A DNA stretch of 64,000 bases from Dipteris shenzhenensis (taxonomy: Eukaryota): NCBI GenBank assembly GCA_047967505.1, contig CM106538.1. One strand, written 5' to 3'. The position numbers and the translations under genes are program-made. Every line of letters starts with the position of its first letter. Position 1 is the first letter of the stretch. Below, in pieces: positions 13,501 to 27,316 of this stretch. The notes beneath the pieces were generated by a model. It was not told where the DNA came from. It did no database searches and worked only from the letters and a program-made list of their open reading frames with translations.

Positions 13501-14045
13501 ATGCTTCTAGGAGCAGCATGCAGGTGATGCTTGGGTAGACCAGCAGAGGTCTATTTTAGGTTATGTGCTTATGGTCATAGGTGGTACAGAGACATTTTAT
13601 TTGCACAGTGATAGTTTGGGTGCTATGGACTTAGCACAGGAGCACGTGGTGGTGAGAGTTCACTCTCCCAGTAAAATCTGGCATGAGATCTTGGTTGGCA
13701 GGCATCTACAACTTGTCATTTTCTATCCTACAGACTTTTGATGTCTGCTAGCAGCTTATCCTCTATGCACTTTGCACATTGTAAAGTGCCGATGGGCATA
13801 GGATGACGGTCTAGTCATCTTGTTTTTCAGCCTATGGCTGATTGTATTGTACATGTACTATACTCCCTTAAAAGGCACACTGCTTTTAAGTGGGAGGTTG
13901 TTGGGGTAAAGGGCAGTGTGCCCACCCAATTGTATAGGGCCCGTATATACTCATATATATATGATAGAGGAATAAGCTGGAGTAGCTTTTGCTCCACCAC
14001 TTTTGGTCTCTCCTTATCCCTTTGTGTGTGCTCTCCTCTCCCATA
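10545..14045 (+). mobile_element. non-autonomous copia-derived LTR retrotransposon (3.5 kb, 147-bp LTRs)
   Basis: LTRs 10545-10691 (TG...CA) and 13899-14045 (TG...TA) differ at 5 of 147 positions by eye. PBS TGGTATTAGAGC at 10694-10705, PPT AAGTGGGAGG at 13888-13897, TSD GTTAG/GTTAA. Interior has no gag-pol ORF, only a faint RNase-H-like remnant (QRSILGYVLMVIGG, ~13540-13585). Confidence 0.85.
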
Positions 14046-15077
14046 GTTAACACCTGTGTTTGCATGTGTGAGAAAGAACCCCCTTTGAAAAACCATTCAA
14101 GACACATCCCTCAAGGCAAGGTGAAAAAATGCTTCCAATTGGTGCAAAAGGATGAGATTTACATCCCAAACAATGTTGACTTACATAAGCACATTAATAC
14201 ACTAATCGCACAAAATTAACCCTTAAACCCCTCACATCCTATTAAAGAAACTCTACCCCCCCCCCTTCACTTTTCCAAGACACTTCCATCTCTCCAAGTT
14301 TCATCAAGCTTGCATATTTTTTGTCTACCTCCGCCTTCCGTCCACCATCTCCACCACCACCACCACCACAACCACTTTCTCTGTCAACCTCCCCCCTCCA
14401 CCACCACTTTTTCCATCCAATACTCCCCCTCCATGATCACTTCCATCATCCATCCCCTCTACCTCCCACTCACCATCTCCGTCCCCTCCACCACCCCCTT
14501 TTTTCTATTAGCTCCCCCCCCCCCCCCCTCTATCTCCACCTCCCCACCATCTTCAAGAAATGTTTAGTTATTTTGAGACTTGTGCAAGTCTCAATTTTAA
14601 TTCATGGTTTTGGAAATTGTTAAAAAATTACATAGTTTTGTTTTTCTTTTCCATTTGTGTCGACATCCACAGCAAAGAAGCATAGTTTTCATTGGCTAAT
14701 TATTGCAAGTGCCAAGTAAAAAATATCACAGTTTTCTTGGAATTCTACGAACTTGATTATAATACTAAGAATAAAGCTAAATTTGGCATATTTGGTGAGA
14801 CCTTCAATGCCTCTATTCAATAATATAAGACCTTTTGCATAGCTTGAAGAATCTTTACTTTGCGTTATTTTTCCCTTTGATGTGTCTACTAGTTTTGACT
14901 CCTTTTTGCATAGCTTGAAGAATGTTTTTTGGCATTGTTTCAACTTTATTGTTTTTATGACATAACATAAGATGTCATTGGATTCTTTTTAAAATCCCAT
15001 ATTACTTGAAGTAATGGGTTGGATTTTATATATTCTCTCTAAATATTTAAATACTAATCAAAATTTAATACAATATT

Positions 15078-18000
15078 TGAACAAATATGGAGAGAGGAGG
15101 GGAGAAGAGTGGAGATGAGGAGAGAGGGCACACTAGATTTAGCTAAAAATGCAGAATATATACAAACTGCTTTAGGGTTAGGGTTAGTGCTATGCCAAAT
15201 CGAACATATGATGTTTGAGATGGTTCTGCAACACCTTCCCTCAAGATCAACATCATGAAGTAGGCCTTCTCTCAAGATGTTGATTTTGGGGAATCAAAGA
15301 ATGACCGAGCATTACATTCCATCACACCCCTTTAATGGGAATTTCCTTCCTTTGCATCAAACCAAGAGCCTATTGGTGCTTCTCAAAAAGATCTTTCCCA
15401 AGTGGTTTGGTAAAGATATTTGCAACATTCTCTTTGCTGTCACAATGTTGTAATGTGATGTCACCAAGTAACACTCTTTCTCTGATGAAGTGTTCTCTGA
15501 CATCAATGTGCTTTGTCCTAGAGTGCTATACTGGATTCTTGGCCAATTATTAAGCTAATTGATTATCACAGTATATTGTTGTTGGCTTTGATTCATCAAA
15601 GTAATCTATTTTTGACAGTACTCTTCTGAGCCATATAGCTTCACATGCACCTGTAGTGAGTTGCTACTTCTGTTGAGTGAAGACAAAGAAATAGTTGGCT
15701 GTTTATTTGACAACCATGATATAGCACCTTGACCAAGGAAAAATGTGTATCCATGTGTGGATCTCCTGGTCTCATAATCTCCTGCATAGTCATTGTCACA
15801 GTATCCATGCAACCTTGGATGACTTCCTTTGTATTCTATTCCAAACTGTCTTGTACCTCTGATGTATCTCAAGACTCTCGTGGCTACATTCCAGTGAGAT
15901 TGTTTTGGATTTGCCATAAACTGTGCAAGTGAGCTTACTGTATAACAAATATACGGCCTTGTGATAGTCAAATATATAAGAGATCTGATGAGTTGCTAAG
16001 AGTACCTATCATTTACTGTGGGTTGATCTGGATCTTTAGTAAGTTTCAAACTATGTTCCATGGGAGTGGCTGCAATCTTGCAATCTGCCATACCTTCTTT
16101 AGGAGACTGTCAACATGTTTTAATTGACTCATGAGGGTGCTTTTTGAGTCTTCGAAACTCAATTGCAAGACATTAGTAACATAAGTCCAAGATCTTTCAT
16201 GTCGAACTCTGTAGATAAGTATTGTTTTAGCTTTTTGATGAAGCTATCATTACTTCTTGTCACAATTAGATCATCTACATACAAAAGTGCAATAGTGATG
16301 TCTTTCCCTTGAACTTTATAGTAGAGAGTATGATATGCATTGGACTTCATGTATCCCACATTAATAAAATACTTGTCAATTCTGTTATACCAACTTTTCG
16401 GTGCTTGCTTTAAGCCTTAGAGGCTTTTCTTGAGATGGCAAACCTGATTCTCTTTCCCTGGTTCAACATAACCTGCTCTACATGTAGACGTCCTCATCTA
16501 GATAACTATTGAGAAAGCATTCTTGAAATCTAGTTGGTACACATTCCATTGTTGAGTATCACTAGTGATATCAAGAATCATATGGAATTCATCTTTGTTA
16601 CTGGAGCATAAGTCTCATCATAATCTTGACCATATTGCTATGCAAATACTTTTGCAACTAGTTTGGCTTTATATCTTTTAATTCTTCCATTTGGATTGTA
16701 CTTCACTTTGTAAACCCATTTGTTTGCTATGGCCTTATTTCCTGGTGGAAGGTCGGATAATTCCCAAGTGTTTTTTTTGTACAAAGCTTCCATTTCTTCA
16801 TTCATAGTAGTTTGCCATTCTAGCTTGCAACTATGTCTTCTAAGTACACTGGCTCTTCTATAGCCATGATGGTAGTCATAAGAGCATAATTGGTAGTTTC
16901 AGCCTGAATTGCTTTTCCTTTCTGAGCATATGTCAATCTGCCTAGTGGTCTGCTTTCCCTAGTAGACTGTCTGAGTTGTTTCTCTTCTCAAGGTGTCTCT
17001 GGCAATTATTGCTCTTCTTCATCAACCTTTTCTATAGGTGACTAAGTAATCGGCGTGTCGATCTCCTGAGAATTAGATGTTTCCATTTTGATTCCTCCAT
17101 CAAATATTACATCTCTAGAGATAATGATCTTTTGGGTGATGGGATCATACAACTTGTATGTTTTGCTTTCTTCACTATAGCCAACCATGATGCATTTGTG
17201 TGACTTCACATCCAATTTTCTATGATGATCATCATGTATATGGGTTACATGTGGGCATATGCTATGCAACCAAATATGTGGAGATGCCCAATGCATGGCT
17301 TGTGTTTAGTGAATGCTTCATAGGGTGTCATACCTTGAATCAATTTGATTGGAAGCCATTAAGTAAGTAGTTTGCAATGGTAATTGCTTCTACCCACCAA
17401 TACTGATTTGAAAGATGCTTCTCACTAAGTACCATTCTTCTTTTCAGCTCTTGCATTCTGCTGAGGAGTATCTGCACATGTGAATTGTCATCAAATTCCA
17501 TTACTTCTCTAAAGTTCATGAATGTTGAAAACATAAATTCATCTCCTCTATCTGATCTCATGACTTTGATCTTTCTTCCTATCTCGACCATGGCTTTGAA
17601 TTCTTAAAATCTGGAAAAGACTTCACATTTCTCTTTTAAAAAGTAGACCCAACAATATCTGCTGTAGTTGTTGATGAAAGTCAAGTAGTAAAGTGAACCA
17701 TCGATGCTGTGGGTCTAGGCATAACCCCATACATCTGTACGTATCAAATAAAGAATACTTCTTGCTTGAGAGGTGCAAGTTGGTTCACTTTCGTTTATCG
17801 AAGCAACATGCTTTGCAATATTTTCCAACAAACTGAAGTTTTAGAATTCCAATTGTCATATTTTGATTTCTGAGTTGCATCAAGCTTTTGAAATCAGCAT
17901 GTCCATATCTCTTGTGCCATACTATGGAAAGTGGCATCGGCTATTGTTGCTGAGCTGACATGGCATGTAAATCTGGAATTGAAGCAAGCATTTTGAACAA

Positions 18001-20950
18001 GTGTCCTTCCTTAACTACTTTTCATACTTACTGATATCCTCTGGATTTGTCTCTGATAGTGCCTTCATCTTTGTCAAAGATGACTTGATAGTTGTGTTCT
18101 GTCATTTGCTCAACTGACAAGAGGCTCTTGTTGGGCTTCGAAACATAGAGCACATCTTTCACCAATCCTTTTGTACTAGTGAAATTGTTCATAGGGACAA
18201 TGCCTTTCCCTCGAACTGAATTTGGTGTGTTATTTGTAGTGTAGATAACATTCTTCTATCCTTCTAATGGTTTCATCTCTATGAACCATTCCTGATGCTT
18301 TGTCATTTGATATGATGCATCGTTGTTGATGTACCAAGGATCTTGGTCTGCTTGATCAACTTGATAACTGCATTCCCCTTTTGAATTGCATAATCTATAT
18401 TGAGATACACTGTTTCAATATTTTGCATATCCTCACTTGCAAGAAACATATTCTTAGCTTGATTGGAATAATGACTGTGGCTTGAATGTCCACCTTGATG
18501 ATTTCCTTTTCCTTGGGAATTCCCTCGATTGCTGTCGGATTGACCTCCTTGATCATCTTGCTTCTTGCGGCAATCTCTTTCATAGTGTCCAATCTTATGA
18601 CCGTAGTTGCAGTGAATGTTTGACACACTGGTGGATGTATTCCATCGTCCTTGTAATCTTCCTCTATTGGAATGATTTCCTCTTAGTTGCTAATGCTGAT
18701 GCTGCCGAGGATGATGTTGATGCTGATTTTGACTTTGATGATGACTTTGTTATTGATGATGACCACTTCATTGAAATTTTCTACCTCTACCTCTGCCTCT
18801 GCCTCTTCTTCTATCTAAAGCTATAAATTCTTGATCATTGGAATGACCTTTAAGTGCATGAATGGCTTGAGTCTCGAGTTCTTCACTAAATAAAACTGAC
18901 TGTAGCTCTTCTAGTGTTGGAATTTGCCGTTGAATGGCAATACTTTAGACTAGATTCTTGTATTCCTCTCCTAGTCCATTCAAGATAACTTGAACCATTT
19001 CTGTAAGATTCAGAGTCTCTTGTGCTGTTGCCAGTTGATTGTACTCCTTGATCCTGAGTACGTAAGCATGATCGGTTTCATTGTTGTTGCAAAAACTCTG
19101 GTTGATTTGGTTTCTCAATGTGACAATCCTAGAAGTGTTCTTAGACTCATAGAGAGCTGTTAACATATCACATGCTTCATTTGATGTCTTCATGGTATTG
19201 AGCTGTCCAAGCGTGACATCTTGCACATTCTGCTTGATCAAATGATATGCATATTTACCTTTCTTGTCCCATTCTTCCTATGCTTGGGCAATGGCAGGAT
19301 CTATCATAGGTATAGACACTAGTGGTGCAACTATAGATCCCTCTACTTATGGTGCAATTGTGGGAACTACTACAGAACTATCAGATGCTCTGGGTGTAGA
19401 CCCATTAACATACTCCCATTTGTCTTGAAGTAAAAGAATGGTCTTCATTCAGTCTTTCCATGTGCCCATAGTTGGAATTGTCTAGCTTAGTAGATGCCTG
19501 CAAATTGAGGTTACTAGTGGTAGACATGGTGCAAGAAAATGTACTCAATTTGATGTGAAAGTCACTGTTTGAATCAATTCCAATACGTTGTATATATCAA
19601 ATGCAATCTAAACTATCGGTGAAGATAGAACTAGTATATAATCCAATCTATTACAAGACTTGCGGAAAATGATGCCGGGAATAGCCAAGAGGCTTTATAA
19701 GGCTCAAATAATGTGTACAATGCCAGAAAGATAGCCGATAGGCTTTACAATGATGGCATGTGTGTGAAAAATGAAAAAATGTGCAATCTACCCTCTGATC
19801 AATCGGTCAATGCCTTTGAAAAAAACTCTGAAGTTTGCTCACTGAACTAGTGGTGGTCTTGTTTTAGGAAATGTGATGATGTGAAACCGTGTGTGAGCAT
19901 AGGGATTGCCTCTGAGAAGGAACTATTTGGGAATTTTTGGACATGGCTTCAATTGGTGGCTTTAGAGTTATCTCATCCAAGGATGAGCTATGCTACTCTG
20001 TATCTAGATCTAGACCAATCATCGAGCGATGAAAAAGTAACAAATAATTGCTTTTCTTTGTTTGTTTTAGGTGTTGGGTCAGATGCATCAATGTAGAGGC
20101 TTGTGTGCATGCAAAAAGTGGATTTATCGTTGTTGAGGCTAAAATGTGTGATACTTGTGCCAAAATGTGCATGTGATGTGACGAGCATGTAGAGCATGAA
20201 AAATTGATCCTGTGCAAATGATGATGTGTCATGTGGAGTCACATGCAGAACTGTGCCAGCCAAGAGGTGTGCCAGTAGAGCATTATGATGAGGTGTCACT
20301 TGTGTGCATATGCAGAATGCATAGTGTGCTTGGTAAGAGATCTATGTGCCATGTGGCGATGACAGATGATGAGGTGGTAGGGTGATGTGGCTTGATTTCA
20401 TTGATGGCATGTGCATTGTCAACCAGCATTGCAAGTTAAAGAGTAAATGGAGTAGCTTGTTGGTCACTTGGGCATGCAGAGTTCGACCATTGGAGGTCAT
20501 GATGGTGCTGGGAGACGTGACTGTGCTGGGAGATGCAGCCTTCGAGGTAGAGCACTGTAGTTTTTTGGAGAAGATAATTGGCTATCATAGTGGTTGGAGG
20601 TCATTGCATTGCCGTGTTGGAGTAGAGTCACTGAAGCCAAATGGTGGTACAATTGCTGTTGAGGTTGTAGCACGAAGTCTTTGTTTCTAGAGGGCTACTG
20701 ATGATGGATGCTGTTGGCTATAGATGGATGAGGCATTCATTGTTGCAGCACTTGTTTGTTGGAGTGTCTCTTAGGCACTGAGAGCTCTGAGTAGCTCATT
20801 TGCATGTGTAGGTTGTTGTTCCAGTAGACGTAGGATGCTTCTTGGTCAATGATCTAAAGTAGCCTTCGGTAGTTGCATGAAGGCTGTGCAACACTCTAGA
20901 TGGTCAAGCCTGTGTCGAAGGGATGCTGGAGCCGCCTCATTGAGAATTGT
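15078..20950 (-). mobile_element. decayed Ty1/copia element (same family as 36315-43504), 5' LTR missing
   Basis: Shortened 3' LTR 15078-15233, then PPT, then fragmented RH/RT/INT/PR/gag (ITRPYICY, LYVDDL, HKCIMVGYSEESK, CNYGHKIGHYERDC) to ~19530 and leader homology beyond; many stops and frameshifts; the 20950 boundary is approximate. Confidence 0.85.
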
Positions 20951-20999
20951 GAGCTCAATGGTTGTCTTGTTGATTAGTACCCACAACATCATCAAACTT

Positions 21000-23401
21000 C
21001 AATACTCCACCAGGTGTAGAGTTACTGATGACAACTGTAGGTATCCCATGAGGATGGAAATGAACACAAGAGGAATATTGCCTTAGTCTCCACATCAAAA
21101 TTCATCTTTTGAGCCTAAAATTGGTTGGAAATAATATTAATTTCATTCAAGTGAGAAGCAATGGAGACCCCTTCCTTCATTTGCAACTCAAACAATCTTT
21201 TCATAAGGTAAACTTTATTAGAGGCATTTTGCTTCTCATAAGTGGCACATAATTTCTTCCACAAATCTTCTGTAGTCTACTCATTTACTACCGTGAAATA
21301 AATTGAGTTTGCAAGATAAAGTATAACAGTAGTCTTCACTAATGCATCCAACTCATTCCAATCATCCTCTGACATAGCTGTCAGCTTAGTTACAATCCAT
21401 TCTGAGGGTTAAATTTTCTTCATTTGAACAAGCACATCCCTTATCTGTTCTTTCCACAAAGAAAAGTTTGTCCCATCAAAACTTTTCAATGCTGAAAAAG
21501 TCTTTTTTAGACATGGAAGAGGATGCAATGATGCAAATAAAGCAAAATCCCAAATGCTAGTTCTTGTAAGAAAGAATCACACCAAATACCAGATGCACCC
21601 AAATGTGTATGCCAAAATAGAAGGTAATATCCTTGGGGCACCAACTCAATATGTAATATGTTACTACCCTCATCCGAAATCCAAGGTATGGGGGGATAGG
21701 TTCCATATATAATACGCGTGGATTTCCTTTAAAAATTCAAATATGCAAGGGAAAAATACAAAAATTTCATGTCCCCCCTCCCACAAAGTATATAGTATAA
21801 ACCTTGAAAAATATGCAAGATTTTAAGATTTGTACATATTTTTCATAATATGTGAGGCCCAAGGGGGGGGATCTTTTGGATGGCGGGGGGTAAAACAAAA
21901 AATACACTAAAATATGAAAACCCATCTCCTTTCAAATTAATGTAACTTTTTCATGTATTACCCAAATTTCAAGGTGTAAAGACATATTTGAAGCTCTTTT
22001 AGTGTAGAACACAACCATGTTAATTTGAATAATTTCTACTCATGGCATGTTGTTAAATTCATCTCATACTCAAGATTTTGATAGGTTTTCTTACTAAAGG
22101 GAGTTGGCACCCTAGGGTAATATCACCAAACCTAAAAGTCTCAAAGCATCAAAATGCATTTGTCTCATGTGGATATATACTATGGCATTGCATCCATATG
22201 AGGAAATCTGACCCAAAAGAAAATGTCAATGTGCAATGACAAAACAATGGCAAACCCAATGCTAATAAGAGCCAAATTCCTCAAGCATAAACACTGTCCA
22301 ATGGCAAAAGCATCAAGAGTGTATCATCCAAGAGAGCATAGCACTATCAATGCATCAATTGCAATATGTCAAAGCTATTTCTTAGCATAAAATAGCATCT
22401 GTGTGCTAAACGTCCATCAATAAAGCATCCCACAAGGCAATCTGGGCCTATCAGCACATCCAACAAGCATTGCAATGCATCTAAATGGCCTATAAAACAT
22501 TCACTACAACCCAATGCAAACCATAAAAGAGCGCACATGGCTCAAACTGAAACCAAAGTGATCTGCATAAGGTACGCCCCAAAAATCACAGCTTAATGGG
22601 GCAATGACCGCTACTAAAAATAGGACCTGACATGCCTCAAAACATGGGTAGCACTGCATAATTAGATTTAGCAAGACAATCTGCAAAGATCTCTCTTCTG
22701 TAAGAACTCCAAAATCCCAACTGATGAATGGAAAACAGAAATTCAACCCTTGCAATTGACCTCTAGAATGCAATGGAATAGACGGTTTTGGAAACCGTGG
22801 TCCCAATCATCAGGTCCAACACACGGACCAAAATATATTTTTGCAAATTGATCTATTTGTAAACACCACTAGAGTTCAAATGATGAGCAACACAAAAGTT
22901 TTAGGACCTCTTGAGTCCACCGGAACTGACAGATAAAAAATAGGCAATGGTAGCCTCTACAAGTCATTCTGAACTCTCAATCATCGAAAAGAAGAGGGGA
23001 ATCATCCGAAAACGTCTTTTTTCTCCAAAACCACCTGCATGCTTGGAAAAAACTACTTAAAGAACTTTCCAAAGGTTTTTGCAAGGTCTCTACACACACT
23101 AGGATGCAAGTAAAGTCACCCAACGGAGCTTCTCCTTCCTCCCACAGAGCTATAGCAGCAAACTTCAGGCTCGAGGCACACACTCGGCCTCAGTTAAAAC
23201 ACCCGCACTCTGATACTAGTTGAGAGATCTCAACAACAGAAGCGGAATGGAATATGGTGAGAAAGAGGGAGAGCAAGAAGAGAGAGCCACACAAGTTTTG
23301 GTGGGTGCAGAACACCCTAATCTTCTATGTCATCCATATATATGTGTGTTTGAGTATTGTACATAATCGAGGTTAAGGCACAGTGGACTTTAACCCCCAC
23401 A
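21000..23401 (-). mobile_element. 5' part of a different copia element (LTR, PBS, leader, gag)
   Basis: LTR-like 23401->23221 (TGTGGGGG...CTCTCA), PBS-like TAGTATCAGAG at ~23208-23218. Minus-strand gag at ~21050-21500: KSFDGTNFSLWKEQIRDVLVQ...LWKKLCATYEKQNASNKVYLMKRLFELQMKEG. Confidence 0.75.
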
Positions 23402-24371
23402 CTAACTTGCCTTGTTGCTCGACTATGCATACCATACTTTCTATAAATTTGGCCCAATTCACAATGTAAAATTTCTTCATGGTGGAAATTCTTGTAGCCT
23501 TGCAATGCTCAAGGGAAAGAACACTTGCAAATGCTAATCCAAATTGATCATTGGGGGAAGCCTCTTGGTAACCTAAAAATGCAAATCTATAGCTTCTTGT
23601 CCTCAGGTTACTTGGCCAACCATAGGTCTGAGTAAATATGGATAGGGTAATGTAGGTGCTACCATGAGAGACAACCAATGCGACCCCAAGCATCAAGGAA
23701 GAGCCAATACAGGCCATGCCATGGAGTTAATACCTGGTAGTAGTTTTGCAAATTGGGTGGTAGCACATTTGGTCGGTATGCTTTTTGTGCTTATAAGCAT
23801 GTGCTAAAAAGCACAATTTTAGCACTTTTCAAGAGGTGCTTGCTTGTGACACATATCCATCAGCCATGTAAATTATGATTGGGTGTTTTGCATGTGTCCC
23901 ATGACACTCGTAAGCCTGTAAGCTTTCATTATAGCACTACTTTACTTGTAACTATTTCTTCATTCCTGCACTTCGTCTTCCTTGTCTCCCAAGTAGGTCT
24001 TCCAGCATCCCTAGCAGGTCCTGAGCTTAGCTCAAATCCCCTCCATGCAGGTTTTGTGCACTACTTCTCTAGAGGCTATTGCCTTTTTCTCTCCCTCATC
24101 GTAGGTTCTGAGCTCATCTCAATCCTCTCCCTTGCAGGTTTTGAGCTCTACCTCTATTTACTTTCCCTCGCAGGTCCTCTAGCTCAGTTGTTGCAGCTCT
24201 CACTCTCTTTTTTAGCGCACATCTTTGCCTCTTTGAGCGGGTGCTATAAGAATGTCTCGATCATCCACAGACCTGCAAGCCAAGAGATTTTGTCATATTG
24301 CTATGGATTTTCATGATGTTTATGATCTTAGCATGGTTGGGAAGAACCCGCAAAGGCTTATAGATGACGAC

Positions 24372-25690
24372 TGTAAGAAAATAATACGTCTGTGCTCAAC
24401 AGATAACAGGATCTCATACGCAAGAGAGAAAACAAGATAGTATGGAGAATCAAAAATTTGATTACTGTAGAACTGATACAATAGATGGTGCTGCCTCCCA
24501 ACCGTACGCTCCTATGAAAGAAGCTTCAATGGCATGCTAGAAATAGTAGAAGATGGAGGCTGGATGCTAAGGAATCAGGGTTGCTGTAGCTAGTGATGAA
24601 ATGGGCTTCACGGGCTTGCTCTTATATAGCCACCAGTCATAGTCGGTTAGGCTCAATTGGGTGGCCGACCTAGTTCGCCCAAAATGGTCGATTGGGGGGG
24701 GGTCCCGAAATAGGCCACCGACCATACGATAGAACCGGTGCGCAAAACAGAGCAACTGACCTACGGAGTCTGTTCGGCCCAGAGCCATCCGAGATCATCT
24801 GAGGCTCCAAACAGGCCCCGCAACCCAAGAGTGGACTGCCTCGGGAAATGCTCCATCTACCCTTAGTGTGGTCAGTCAAGGGATACCTTCCCGCACTTGC
24901 ATGTAGCCTAGTTGGCAATGTGCCAACTCTATCTGAAGCCGTCCAGCCATCAGGCGCCACACATGGCCCCCATCTGGTGTCCACCAGGACCTACCAGATA
25001 ACCGAGCTACTCAAATGCCTTCTCCTCATATGGGGGGCTTACATGTAGAGTTAGCTGGTTCCCGTGTAGTTACATGAGAGTGGAACATTGATATCTAACA
25101 TCCCCCCTCAATGTCCACCTGCAAGTGAACTTACTTTTTCGACCCAATGCCAAGTCGATGAAGATGCCTCTCCAATAAGTCTCTTCCAAGAGCCTTTGTG
25201 AAGATGTCCGTAGCATTCTCTGTAGTCGGACACTGTAGTCGGACAGTACTACAAGTCGACCTCTCCATCCATGATGAGCTCGCATACTCGCGTACAAAGT
25301 GATATTGAATCTCAATGTGTTTTGTGTGAGCATGGAACACTGGGTTCTTTGCAATCACCATGCAACTCTAATTGTCACATGATAACTGTGTAGGCTTGTT
25401 CTGCACTGCACCCATGTCCCCCAAAATCCTCCTCAACCACACTACCTCGCAAGAAGCAAAGCATGCAAATTCGTACTCGGCCTCGGTAGAAGAAAGAGCA
25501 ACTGTGGGTTGCTTCTTCCTGACCCATGACACAACTCCAGATCTAAGTGAGAAACAATACCCTGTCACTGATCTCTTACTATCCACATCTCCTGCCCACC
25601 AATCCGAGTCATAGAATCCGGTCAAGATGTTGCCCTTGTATAGGTGATGCCATAATCAAGTGTGCCTTTGATGTATTTTAGCACCATACC
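24372..25690 (-). mobile_element. 3' end of a copia element: RNase H remnant, PPT and LTR
   Basis: Minus-strand [17 protein letters not shown]...[14 protein letters not shown]...KNPVFHAHTKHI (25131-25690), PPT (plus TCCCCCCTCAA at 25101), LTR ending ...TCTAACA at 25100; distal LTR boundary at 24372 is tentative. Confidence 0.75.
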
Positions 25691-25976
25691 CGATTTGGAG
25701 GTAAGACTATATAAAATTTATCGTACACTTTGTGGTCCCTAAGTTTTATTGTGATGTTTCCACTGTCCATTGTGTTTACCTGAGTTCAGTTTTGACATGC
25801 AGGTGCAATTACATGAAAAGTTTGCTGTCTTTCAGATGATGTAGCAACAATATTATTTTTCCCAAAAAATGATGTATAGAGTCCAGTCCAACCAGCCTCT
25901 TTGTATTTTCCCATCCCCACCAACAATTGCCAGTACAGAAGATGAGGATCCAATGTGTCTTATGATTGCACAGCCC

Positions 25977-26109
25977 TGTGGTGGATGTGGCTTTCCTATT
26001 GATTGAAAAGAATTTGTTGTGGTTGTGTGCTTGCATGTGGCCATCCTTACCACTAGTTTTGTTTTGCAATCTGTGTTTGGAAGACACACATTGTAGGGTG
26101 GAGGGTTGC
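25977..26109 (+). pseudogene. possible RING-H2 zinc-finger remnant
   Basis: Across frameshifts: CGGC...LACGHPYH*FC...CLEDTHCRVEGC. Confidence 0.35.
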
Positions 26110-26167
26110 TTGGAAAAAATCCCCATAGTAGCAAAATCGATGGTTTTAGGTTCATCAATTAGTATTT

Positions 26168-26712
26168 AAAAATTTGATTACTGTAGAACTGATAGAAAAG
26201 ATAGTAGCGGTTTCTTTGCAATAGACTCCACCAAACATTGGACTGATGAAAATGATGCTTTTGTGCCAACTCTATCTGAAGCCGTCCAACCATTAGGCCA
26301 CACATGGCCCCCATCTAGTGTCCAAACCAAGACCTACCGAATAACCGAGCTACTCAAATGCCTTCTCCTCATATGGGGAGGCTTGCAAGTAGAGTTAGCT
26401 AGTTCCCGCGTAGTTACACGAGAGTGGAGCATTGATATCTAACAGTAAAATCTGCCTTTCTGAATGGGGATCTCAAGGAGGAGGTATACGTGGAACAACC
26501 ACCAAGTTTTGTGATCCCTGGTTCAGAGGGTAAAGTCTGTAAACTAAAGAAGGCACTTTACGGGCTGAAACAGGCCCCACGAGCATGGTACCAACAAATT
26601 GATGCCTACTTTCTGCAAAATGGGTTCAGGAGGAGCCCATCAGATGCAAATTTGTATATCTTCAGAGAAGGAGGCAGGTGTATGATCGTGGTCCTTTATG
26701 TGGACTACTTTA
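26168..26712. mobile_element. internally deleted copy of the 24372-25100 LTR abutting a plus-strand copia RT fragment
   Basis: AAAATTTGATTACTGTAGAACTGATA and GTGCCAACTCTATCTGAAGCC...GATATCTAACA (ends 26444) duplicate the 24.4-25.1 kb LTR; then 26445 VKSAFLNGDLKEEVYVEQP...KALYGLKQAPRAWY...LYVD. Confidence 0.8.
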
Positions 26713-27316
26713 AAAATAATAATACCTAATAACCTCACATAATATACAATAACCCCATCATGACATACATGCTAATTCTAAAACTACATAATATCTAGTT
26801 GTATTGAAAATACATAGATAGTATTAACAATAGTGCATAACTATTTACTAAAAAAATGGCAATAAGAAATTACTTGTAATTAAAGCATAATGAAATGTAT
26901 ATCAATAGCAAAGAAACAATCTACATAGTTCTGCGAGAAATCTAAATTGTACAGCAAGAGAAGAGAAGATAAATAATACCATTTATCGTACTACTAATAT
27001 AAATAGTGTAAATTTCCAAACTCTTTAGATTTATACTTGTTAGTTTTGCTAATAGTAGAAAAAGAGCAAGTCGACAAGACAAAGATAGTAGTATATAAAA
27101 CAAGAAAGTAAAATGCCAGATCCCAAAAAAGAAGAAAGTAGTAGCCACCAAGACAAGCAGGTGTTTCTCTCACAACAGTCATTCCTGTTGGAACGAGCAG
27201 CCCACAATAGATAATTGTTTTAGTGAATGTTCATCTTTGTCTTTCTTGCTTAGTCGTTGACTGTGGAAGGCATCAATCCATTTGATTCTTAAATATGTTT
27301 TCTTTGTTCCTTACAG

